Assembly (NCBI GenBank): GCA_977030845.1 | Contig: OZ365115.1 | Coordinates: forward strand, 14,012,001 to 14,076,000 | DNA: 64,000 nucleotides | Direction of reading: 5' to 3' | Origin: Fimbriosthenelais zetlandica | Taxonomy: Eukaryota | Part shown: piece by piece, positions 46,536 through 58,500 of the stretch | Layout: each line of letters starts with the position of its first letter | Position numbering within the stretch: the stretch's first letter is position 1 | The notes under the pieces: generated by a model | The model's input: only the letters and a program-made list of their open reading frames with translations | Database searches by the model: none | What the model was told of the DNA's origin: nothing | Position numbers and translations under genes: made by a program

Positions 46536-48819
46536 GCGATGTCCATGATGGTGAATGTGGGAACCCCGTATGACATTGGCACGTTACATGACGGTGAGTC
46601 TTTTCTCAATATTATTTCACAGATAAAACTTTCAGGCCGTGGATCACGAAGACTAAAGTCCCAGTCTCATTTAGTCCACTTTACTCTGGCTGCTCTGGTT
46701 GGGGGAAGAGATCGTGGGATATGTGAGGGAGGTGTGGTGGAGGGTGGAAATATTGTTTGTTGTTGGAGGGAGGTACTGGGGGAGTCGGCGGCCGAGTGAC
46801 GCTCTAAATCCAAGCACGTCTGATGAAAAATATATCCAATTTACAGATATATATCCTCAAATTGAGCTGAAATAGGTGGATCCTGGGGAAGTAGGAGTTG
46901 TGGACGTGTTAGATGTTGGAGAGTTGAGTTGTGACTGGGTGGGTGAGTGGTGGTGTTTGGGGAGGGTGGTAGTGGGTGGTGGTGTCGGTGGTGGGTGCTG
47001 CGCCATTACTTCATGAGGCAGCACTGACTGCGTCCTGCCCGGCCCACTCACTCGCCAATAATACCACCAGGAGGATGTCTTACACCTCACACTCACACAC
47101 CAACCACCATTTCACATAGCTCAAGCTTTTCCCCAACCCCACAAACTCACACTCTCCTCTAACTTTCTATGTTAGTCCGCAAAATGATAGCTTTTCCTAC
47201 GCGGAAAGAGGCGGTAAATATAACGTTACCTTCCCCGGCACCTCGCCACTCTCTTCCCGGCGCTTTTCCTCGCTCCACCCGGTCTCAGGTCCCCACTGCT
47301 CTCCTGGTTTACCAAGCCCCTCTCCCTTCCCTACTCCTGTTCTTTCTTCAGAACGAAGCCCTGCCCACCTCGATCTAATTTTAGAACTTATTATATAAAA
47401 GCCAGAGAAATCAAACTTGTCCCGAACACCTAGTTTTAGGACAATCAAACTCAAAAGTTTCCTTTAGATTGACTGTTGACTTGTTTCACTCCCCACACGA
47501 TTGCTTTCATTCAAAATAAATCCAAACATCAAGTAAATCATTTATATTTAAATTATCTGCCACTCATTACCTCAAATATACTCTACTTCAAATTGTTCAA
47601 GCCCATTCCTTTCAATCCTACATGAACAATTGTTGATTTAAAAAAAAGATATGGAAAAAAAACCAGCTCAGGAATTTCAAGAATGAGGCCACGAACAAGA
47701 CTAGTGCCAGCCCAGAGCTTTCATCAATGATTTCATTTTTATTTTAAAAAAATCATGAAAAATAAACAAAAAATGCTTGTGGATGCTATAACAGATAGAG
47801 AGGTAGTATGATTTTCCCTGAGTTAAGTTGGAGGCTTGTATTTTTGTAGGAGTGGTGGGGTGGATGGTTTCTAGCGAACTGAGAAAGGAGGAGCCTCCCT
47901 CCAACCACTGTGTGCGTATAATGGCCGCCTGGGCGCTGGGAGGAGGGGGGAGGGGGAGGGAGGGGTTGGTGGGGAGGGGAGGGAGGGACTGGTAATATAT
48001 GCGGTGTGTGAGAGGACCGCCTATAGGCTATGTCACACTCTGCCAATAGGGAGGAGAGTGGGTGTGGCTAGCTGGTGAGGTGGAGGGAGGGATTGGGTGG
48101 GTGAGGGGGGTGTGGACTTATATGTGGAAATTAAATTGGTGTAAGCAAGTCAGTGGCCATGCATTCATTACTGGATCATTGTGCCAAGGCTTCTCTCAAC
48201 TTCGTTAAACTTCAAAATAATGAAAAAAAAAAAATTATGAAACGTTTTGATGATTATTGATTATCACTACCGGTACACTTCTTTCTTTTAATCGAAAGTG
48301 AAACTTTTGGCCAAATCTAACTTACTAGAAGTTTCAGTAAAAGGGAGATTTTAGTTTATGAAGGCCCTATTTGTTTAAAAGTGATGCACATATTTGTAAG
48401 CTTAGAAATGTAAAGGAATATTAGGATAAATGGCACAGTATTAACAAATGTCGGTTACGTTTTTTATCATGTACAGAAAACACCTAAGAGGTGAACGGAA
48501 CATGCTTCACAAACCGGCTGAAAGGAGAGGGGGAAAAGGTTAACAAGAAAATGAAACTGAACCTGGTGCATAGATTATAGAGCAGAAATAACTAAAAGAA
48601 AGAGAAAGTTTTGTTTGAAAGATGGGTCATATACAATGACTTTTCTGGGAAGAGACCATGAGGTGAGACTGAATGATCAGCTTGTTTTCTCACTCAGTGA
48701 CATTGACTATAAATAAAAACCAGCTTCCTGGAAGATAAATCAATGTACAAAGAATATAGAGCGAGGGTAGACATGCACCTGGTTTGACGAGAGTCGTTAA
48801 CTTCCTACTTTAGCCCCCT

Positions 48820-49060
48820 CACCCACCCCCTTGGTTCTCCCTCTCTCACCCACCCCTTGGCTCACCTTCGCTCCCTCTCTTACCCACCCCCTTGGCTCTC
48901 TTTCCCACACTCCCTCACCCACCCCTTGGCCCCCTTCCTTCCTTCCTTCCTTACCCATCTCCTTCCTTCCTTCCTTACCCATCTCCTTCTTTCCTTCTTT
49001 TCTTCCTTCCTTACCAATCTCCTTCTTTCCTTGCTTCCTTACCCATCTCCTTGCCCCTCA
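48820..49060. repeat. Degenerate pyrimidine-rich (CCTT/CCCA) repeat
   Basis: Recurring CCTTCCTTCCTTACCCATCT and CACCCACCCCCTTGG units. Confidence 0.8.
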
Positions 49061-49574
49061 TGAATATCTCCCCTTTAAAATTTGTTTGCCATTTTGCTGA
49101 TGAAGTAAATTAGTGAACATTGATTGGGAACGGCTGGCGATTTTAGAGAAAAGGCCTCGCCTTGCCTGAAAACAGCAGCCACATTATCTGGTGAATACTG
49201 CGGGGAAGCGATTTAATGACGGCAATTGCCGCGATGGCCATGTGCCCTTAAAGACCCAGCAATGGAAACATTTAATTTTCAACTTTTAATGCACATGGTT
49301 CGTACAGGGTCCTTAAAATCCCTAAAAAGTTCTTAAATTTAATTTTCAGCAAAAAAGTTCTTAAAGGTCTTTTTGTCCCAGCTTGTCTGGGGTTATTTAA
49401 TATGTATGTGAACTTCTCTAATATTTTCAGTACCGGTATCAAGTAATATACCGGTACTTAACCCAGCCTGAATAAATATTGTTAAAAAAACAAAACAAAA
49501 ACATTGGTATTTGTTTCAGGTATGGATACATTACAAGGCGACCACCCGCCTGGTCTCAATGCGTGAGGCTGGAC

Positions 49575-52500
49575 ATGGATGATGGTCGCTGCCTACTGGA
49601 CGTTATAAGGTACGCCACCCCACCCTCACAAAAAAAATAGCTAAAAATTAAATTAAAATTTAAAAATTTCTCTGCTTTTATTAAACCTTCATATGGTAAA
49701 ATTATAAGTCCTACAGTCTGTCCAGAAAATGTTGATCCGAAACAACCATACAAATGTACTGTAGTTTCGGATCGACTTATTCTGGAGAGACTGTAGTTAA
49801 AATGTGAAGCCAGGACATTTGAAGTAATTTCTAGATGTTTTGTGCATTGTATTTTGGCCATGATGATGTTAGTCTTTTCTTGTTATAGAATTCAGTCACT
49901 AGTATTTCTCCTTTGATAATTGAGTATAGCGTTTACAGGATGATATTATAGGTTTTCACACCTCTCACCTTATGTGACATTGATTATGAAATGTAATGGC
50001 AGATCCAGGATTATATGGGTTTTCAAAATTAATTAAAAATTGATTTATTAAAAAAAATGATTGTGTCTATAGTAAAGATTGTGGAGGGTTGGGTGGGAGT
50101 GAGAGGGATGGGGCGTGGGGTTTACTCCCTGGATCTGCCAAAAAACTTCCAGTCAGATTTGATAGGAATATTTTACTCATTTTCACCCAAATTATTGTAT
50201 TCCAACAGCTGACCCTCTCAAAAATTAAATAGCCTTCAAAAATAACTTGGCTGTCGTTGAGATGTTGGCCACTGATCCATTTTTTGTGGCCTAAATTTTT
50301 TGATTGCACCCAAAATTCCTTTTAGAATGGACCACAAAATGATCCAAAAATAGCGGACCCGAAGAGCCAATAAAATCAATGAGTGACTACCAAGATTTCC
50401 TTCTGTGAGTAGATCTGCTTCCACGGCAAAATATTATTTATATCCCCGAACTTGACGAGTAGAGAAAATACTATTAGATATGATTAACATGTATGACATA
50501 ACCAGCGGTGTGTAGGTGGAGGTGAAGGGATCATGACTTGGTAGATCGTTAGTTACACATCTCACAATTACTTCATAGTTTTCATCATGTTTTTAATGTG
50601 GATTATGTAGAATTATCGGTTGAATTAATCCATGATAACTGGGACCTATTTTGGGATCAAGGTGTGCCTTCTCATGCAGTGAACCACTGTGAAGCACTCT
50701 CCCACTGTCCTTTCCCAACCCTTTAACAATTAAATACCGAATTAATTTCACCAATACCAATTCCAATTTTTTTAATTTCTGAAGATGATTTCTTATTTTC
50801 TTCTTTTGGACGTACTTGTAGATGCATGAGATATTTTAGTCTGGTGGATTTTTGTGTTAGATTCTGATTGATTAGTTGATTGATTGGATGATTGATTGAT
50901 TGATTAATTGACTTGTAGCGATGCGGATGCCCTGACGGATTTCCTGGACGCTGACGCTCTAGAAGATGAACCGGTAAAGATTAATTACCCTCTCTATAAT
51001 TACCTTAATTAACTCAATTACAATCCGGTAAGAAATTAAGAATATCCATAATTAACAAATTTAAGGCATAAATAAAAATTTCAATGATATTTCTGCAAGT
51101 ACTAAAGCCACGTCTTTCGAGACTCAATAAGATTTTCAGTAAGTTTTCTGGTGGTAGTCTGCCCCTGAGATCTTTTCAAAAATTCATATATCAACAAAAT
51201 CGGTACCATCAGATGGTAAATGAATTACATGCTTAAGATCTGGAACACACTAATCCCCTTCTCCAATTCATCGCCATCTGAACCCCTATTTCTAATGGCA
51301 TCCAATCAAAAATCAAATTTTGTCAGTGGTTAGCCTTACCAAGCATTTGGTGTGAAGAGAAATATAGTTGGGATGGAGCCGGATAGAGAATGAGATTAGT
51401 GTGGTCCAGGATTAAGGGACTGATGCATGTTGAGGTCTTAAGATCTAATGCTTGTTCTCTTACAGGGCATCTCACCTGAGGATCTACAGGGGGTACTCCC
51501 AGACACATTTGCCTGGAGTCCACCACCCTCCCCGTCCTCCTTCCCCCTCCCTACCTCCTCCTCCTCCACCACCACCACTCTAGACAGTGGTGCCCTGACC
51601 ACCACCACCACCTCCACCACCTCTCAGGATGTGACCCTGCTGACACCGTCTTCAGGAGGTGATGGTGGTGGGGCACCACTGACCACTGTCCACCACCATG
51701 GAGTGGTGCTGGGTCAGGGAACCACTGTGGTGGCTACAGCAGCCTCCTCCTCCACCACCACAACCACCACCGCACCACCACCACCACCACAAACACAAAC
51801 ACTAGTACAGGTCCAGGGCCTGGCTGAGGGCACACAAGCTATCACCTCTACCACGCACCCCTCCAGGTTAGTCCGCAAAAACTTAGATTAAAGTTTTACT
51901 CTAAGGCAGAAATAAGTTTTAGTAAATAGTCTTATGCTTAAGTACAATATGAAGGGGAATATGAATGGCTTTCCCTTCCAAACTCTGGCTTTCCACAATC
52001 AATTAAAATACAAAAATTATATTTAAAAAGATGAGAAAATTTCCCTGCCTATCTCAGGGTTCCAACTGTCAGGAAAAATCTAAAACAAATAAAGTAGCCA
52101 AGAAAATGCTGTAGAACTTGATGGCTTCCAACTCTTGCTTGTGCCTTGAAAATTGATTGTAATTTATGAGAAAATTATCTTCTGAGACAAGTAAAGAATC
52201 CATGAGCTAATCAGATAGGAAATGTTTACTAAGACTTAACATCTACACTTTTATATTGAGAAAGAAAATAGTTTAAATAAATATTAAATAGTCCTATCCT
52301 TCTGGTAAAGATTATATGTTCTAACCTAGTTTTACTTTTTTTAAACGCTTTAAACTAATAATAAAAACTATGAAATTTATTTTAATATTTTTAATTAGAA
52401 ACTTCAAGAAATGATGATTTAAAATTAAACCACTAACAAATCTTTTCCCTTTGTAGGAGTCCGTCGCCACAGGTGGGAGGCGACCCGAGCAGTTTACTAC

Positions 52501-55500
52501 AACACCAACAAACCTTACAAGAACTCCAGCTACAACTACAACAATTACGGCAACAAGAGGCGCAACTACTGCACCAACAGGCACTGACCCACCACAAACA
52601 TTCCATACAGCAACAACAACAGCAACCACAGCAACAACAACCGCAACCCCAACAACAACAAGCTCAGCAAGCACAGCAACAAGCACAGGTATAAACTCAT
52701 CATATTGGTGCAGCTTTCAAGCACAATTTCCTTCTTAATTTTGTTGAGTAAGCCAAGAAGTTTATTTTAAAGGTCTACCCAACAATTTTGGGGTCCTTCA
52801 CTGGAGTACCGCCGTTAGGGCCCTCAATGAAATCAACTTCTGACTAGAATTTTGACTTCTGAGACTTGGGGAGAATAAATAAAATAGGCCTAAGTGCTCA
52901 TGATTATCCTTTGGTATCTTTAATAATTTTTAATAAATGAATGTTGTTTGTTGCAGTTAACATCAGGACTTTCATTAGGTGGCATCGTGCAACAACAACA
53001 GCAACAACAGAATCAGCCGCAGCAGACTCAGCAACAACAGGTCTTAGTGGGGGGCGCTGGTCTACAGATCTTACAAAACCAGGCTCTGGTCCAGTCAGGT
53101 CAAGTCGCTGCTAATGGTCAACTCGCACAGATACAGCAATTGACCGCTGCCCAGTTGGGTCAGGTAAACCAACTGACCACAGCCAGTGGTCAGCAGATAG
53201 CGGTTACTAAAGTGACCCAGGGTGCGGCCACCCCACCTAAATCTATCACGCCGGTCACTAGCCAGACCATCCCACAGAAACCAGTGATCACATCGAGTCA
53301 GGCTCAGTCCCTCACCATTGCCCAACAGTCGCTCCCACAACAAACACAACAACTGTTAACGTTTGCTCAACAACCGCTCGGTCATCAGCAACAACAGGGG
53401 TTGATCATCACGCCGCATGGCCAGGTAGTTCACCCTATACAAACACAAGGAGCTCAGACAACCCAGGCTGGCTTCACAACTACCCAGCCCCACACTGTTA
53501 CACTAGCCCCACAACTCACCCCACAACAACAGTTAGCTCAGCTAGCGCAACAACAGCTCCTACAACAGCAACAGCAGCAACAACAACAATCCAACCAGGG
53601 TCTGCCGCAACAAGTGACGATAGCGAACAGCCAGGCCGGCGCCCAGCAGCCCGTGAGTACACCGTCTATACCACATTCAATCACTTTATTTAACCTCAAA
53701 TATTGCTTAAAAATAAGTTAAAATGTTCCTGTATTCTTCACTTTTGTAACTTTAGCACATGTGATCTCTTTCTTGCCTCACTTCACTATGTGGGTTCAAT
53801 GTTCTGGAGATTTCTTATTTAAGACATTCTAAGTTTAAGCGTCTGATAGGAAGTTAAGGAGGACTATTTGACTTCTCATTACACATTTCAGACTAAGTCA
53901 CTTCTCCAGCTTTCTACTTTTTGCATGATTCATTGATTCATCTCCAAATCCAACAGAAGCTTTCATCGTTAACAAAGAAAGCCTTAGACTTCCTTTCTCT
54001 ACGTTTCTGAACATTGATACATTTTTGAAGGTGTCGAAAACTCATGAGAGGCATGTAAAAGCCAGCCATATCTCCCACTGTCTGGTGAGAGACCTGTAAA
54101 AGGCCAGTCATGTCTCTCACTCCCCATATGATTTAACAGCTGCCTACTTTCTCTGAATTAACGTGTTTTATCATCAATTGAATGGCGGTTTTAGTTCCAT
54201 GACTGGTTTTTAGTGTTTAATATATAACAGATGTTTGACTGTTTTAGTTGAGAGAAGATAACCATTTTGACTGTTAATGTGACTGTTTTTTAACAGTAAT
54301 TAATTACTGGGTTTCTGACATATAGCATTTATTCGTCGGCCTACTTATTAACATTCTCATGCTGTTATCATTTGGCAGAGATGGTTCTGACTGTTTTTTG
54401 ACTGTTAACATTTGGTTCTGACTGGTATTGAGGACTGTTAACAGTTGGTTTTGATTGTCTGTTAACTTTAAGTTACGACTGTTTTTACTGTTAACGGTTG
54501 GTTGTGACAATTTTATTACTGTTAACCGTTAGGTCTGACTGTTTTTTTGACTGTTAGTTCAGTTGGTTGTGACCGTTTTATGACAGTTAGTTATGACTTA
54601 ACAGTTAGTTATGACTTTTATGATGTTAACTTTTGGTTCTGACTATGTTATGTCGGGTTTTAGGACTGTTAACCGTTGGTTGTGACTGGTGTTGAGGTAG
54701 TTTTTGCTTATAGTTGCAGAATAACCTGTTAGTGAGTGCTGTGAGACCTCAGGGCACCGTGCAGCAGGCGGTGCAGGTCCGGCCTCAAGGCAATCTTAAC
54801 CTGGTACAAGGGGCTTTGCCTACTGGGGTAAGCTCATTCACATTAGGCTCCTTACCAAGCTTTAGCTTCAGCTCTGGTTTAAGCTTTAGTTTCAGCTGTG
54901 GCTCACAGTTTCGCTTCAGCTTTGACCCAAGCTTTGGCTTTAGCTCTGGCTCAAGCTTTGGACTGGGCACAACTTGCATCTAGTCCTAGCTTTGGCTTCA
55001 GCTCTAGAATAAGTTTTGCTTCAAGTCTTACCCAAGCTTTAGCTTCAGCTCTGACCCAATTTTGGCTTCAGCTCTAACCCAAGCTTTGGCTTTAGCTCTT
55101 GCCCAAACTTTAGCATCATCTCTTGCCCAAGATTTGGCTTCAGCTCTTGCCCAATATAGGCATGAGCTGTGGCCAAAGCTTTGGCATGAGCTTTGTAACT
55201 GCTCATAGGTTTAACTTCAGCTTGAATACGAACAATCATAGGGCAACAACAAGGATGGCAGTTATAGTTATTAAACTTATTTCAACCCCAGAAACTTCCA
55301 CCTTCTGCTCTGAGACTTGACTCTTCTGAGTCCTCTCTTCTTTAAATTATAAATCTAACAAAGCTTTTGCCTTACCCACATCCCTGTTTCTGTCCTAGAT
55401 TGTACTGTTTGTCTATCATAAAACTCAGCTCTAGTTGTAGCTTTTTCTTCTGGTGATTCTTATAAAACTTGTAAAAACTTGTTTTGTCTCGCAGTAAGAC

Positions 55501-58500
55501 CTGGCATAAAGTAGATAGATATAAATGAGGTTCCTATTCTATGTAATTTAAACATTTAGATTCATACAGAATTCCGCTTGCAACTTACGATCAGGCCTGT
55601 ATTAACACTAAATATTAATCCATCAAGCTTACATAACGATTTTGAGCTGAGTGAATGCAGTGTGCGATGCTAACTGCAGTGTGCGAGTCTGAGACTCCCA
55701 AAAATTACTTAGGTCTTTGGACTTCAATAAAATAGAGCTAGTAGTTTGTGAGATTCCTAACTAGTCATATTAAGTACAGCTCTATGCCAGACTATGGGAA
55801 TGGACTCCCTGAATTTCAGAGAGACTCCTAGCATTTCATAAGAAGGAGCCCACCAGTTGGGGCGCATTTCATAACCAGTTAATGTGTTATGAAACAAACC
55901 CCAGACTTCCAATTTTGTTTGCTTAATATCGCACACTGGATATGTAGATAAACTATAGTGAAGCATGCAGCTGTACTAACACTTGCTGTAACTAGTTTTA
56001 CTCATGATTTTAATGGCTGTTGTTACAGATGATCCTCCAGACGTCTAATGGTAACAGGATCCTACTCCAGGCACCTCAGCTAGTAGCCGGTCAGCTAGCT
56101 ACTGGTCAGATAGCTCAGCTTCCTGCCGGTATCCAGTTCCAACCGGCCAACGTTTCCACGGCGACCGGTCATGCCACCCAGTCTGTGGTCACGACAACGG
56201 CGGGAACCATGGCGACGGCCACCGGTGGTAAACCCATCACCATGGGTCAACCCATGCAGCAAGTATTAAACATAGCAGGCGGGCCTCCTGGTCAACAACA
56301 ACAAATAGTCATACAAAGAACTCCCGGCCCGAATGGTACACAGACACAGAATATTATACTCCGTACGATACCTACCAGTATGATACAGATACCCGGGAAC
56401 GCAGTGTCCGGGACTACCACCTCCACCACTGTCACACCCTCATTACATAATAACCAGACAGGTCAGGTGGTGCTCTCACAGGCTGGTCTACCTACTGGTC
56501 AAATACAGATACCCCAGAATCAAGTGACCAATACTGTCGGTCAGTCACCGGTACTGGGGGGACTTAATATGGTCAATAACGCCCATAGTATTAATATTAA
56601 TGTACTCCCTGCAGGGTTACATGGACTGCAGGGCATACAGCAGGTACAGAACTCAGCTGTCAGTGGTGGACAGGGCACTGTCAATATACAGCCTAAACCT
56701 ACTGTCACTGTAGGGAATACAGTCGTGACACATAACCAGGCTGGGGGGTCCGGGGGAACCACGACCACCACACTACCCACCACCCAACCCCAGACATTAG
56801 ATGGCAATATAAAGGTAGAACCAGGTACAGGGGGGGCAGGGCAGACAGGATTGACAGCCACACAGCAGTTCACCTACCAACAATTACAGAGCCTGGGTAT
56901 GATACCAGCCCAGGTACAGAACCCCGCAGCCCAGGGGGTGACAACAACTGATGTGACAGCAGCCCCTACAGCCCAGGGCGCTGTCAACAGCTCAGTAGCT
57001 CAGATCCTACAGACAGTGACAGCAACGGCGGCCAAGCAGGTGAACATGTCCAACCCGTCACAGATGCAGACTATGGTGTTAACTAATCCATCAGGTTTAA
57101 GAGCAGGGCCGGGTCAGACGATACAAACATTACCCACACAACTGTCTAACAGTACTAATGTGACTATTCCAGCATCGTCTCTCCCCCAGCAGCCCGCACC
57201 GACACTGGGTTATATACAGTCAGGCCAGCAGGTGGTGCTGGGTCCTGGTACTGCGGGTCAGTTCCAGAATCTCACCCAGTTACCTTTAATAAAACCTAAA
57301 CAGGAACCTCTCCCTGCCACGTCTCCCTCTCTCCCTCCTAACATTCCCACCCCTCCCCCCGGGAAGAACCCTATAGTTAATCTGACAGTTGGTACCCCAC
57401 CACAAACCCAGGGGTCGCCAGGGATGCAGGCGTCCAAGGCGATGACCGCGGGAAACATTCCGGCCATTGTAGCGTCAGCCGTGGCCAGCTCCGTGCAGAT
57501 GACGCAAGCACAGACGCTGACGTCATCCGTGACGTCATTTGGCACCGTGACGACGTCGTCGACGTCAGGGGTGAGTAAGACTGGCGTCAGTACTGTAGGG
57601 ACGTTACAGAACTACCAGAACATGATGGCGCCACCTAACGTCAATATACAGAACATGCCACAACTACAGGTCAAAAACCTGAGTCAACTACCAGCCTCAG
57701 TGGGCGGGGCTATGGTAGGCGGAGCCACAGTGGGCGGGGCCATGGTGGGCGGAGCTACGATAGGCGGGGCCATGGTTGGTGGGACCACAGTGGGCGGGGC
57801 CATTGTGGGCGGAGCTACAATGGGCGGGACTATGGTAGGAGGAGCTACTGTAGGCGGGGCAATAGTGGGAGGAGCTACGGTGGGCAGGGCTACACCCTCC
57901 CCTTCCTCCTCCCCCTCAACTCTCCCCAGTTCAACAAGCCCCGCCCCCGGCCAAGCTGTGGTGATCAGACCCAAATCATCCCCTAAACAGGGTAAGGACA
58001 AGGCCCCCCTACCCTCCACTCTACCCCTTCAGTGCCCCATGCCAGTCCCTGTCAATCAACTAGAAAGTCAGCTCACCCAATTACAGAATAAACTGGGCCA
58101 GCAACATGTCAAGGTTCAGACCATTCAGCTATCAGCACAGAACCAGGAGTTGCTGAAATCGCTACAACTTCAGATTAAAAAACAGATGGCGGTAGACAAG
58201 CGGTCACCGATGCAACAACGGACGCTGCAGAAACTGCTCGAGTCGCAGCAGAAGATTCTGACGCAGGGCAAGATCGCACTTCAGGTGAGTCCTGCATTGC
58301 TGTCTTCAGCCAAAGTTTATGTATGACCAGCCAATATGGCTGCTGTGTTCAGGCAAAGCGCAGGCCTTTAATTCCAAATGATTATCTGATATGATATAGA
58401 AATATTAGATTAATTTATATTTAAAAAAAAATAAAAATTGGTAGTAATATTGACAAACATTTCGCCCTACACCTTGCAGCAGCAATTGCAGCAAGCAGCC

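Noticed and set aside
46506-46593. Upstream coding exon extending the BICRA N-terminus
   Set aside because: Splicing to 49520 puts its ATGs in frames that stop before or just past the main ATG, and the frame matching BICRA has a TGA at the exon end; at most a uORF.
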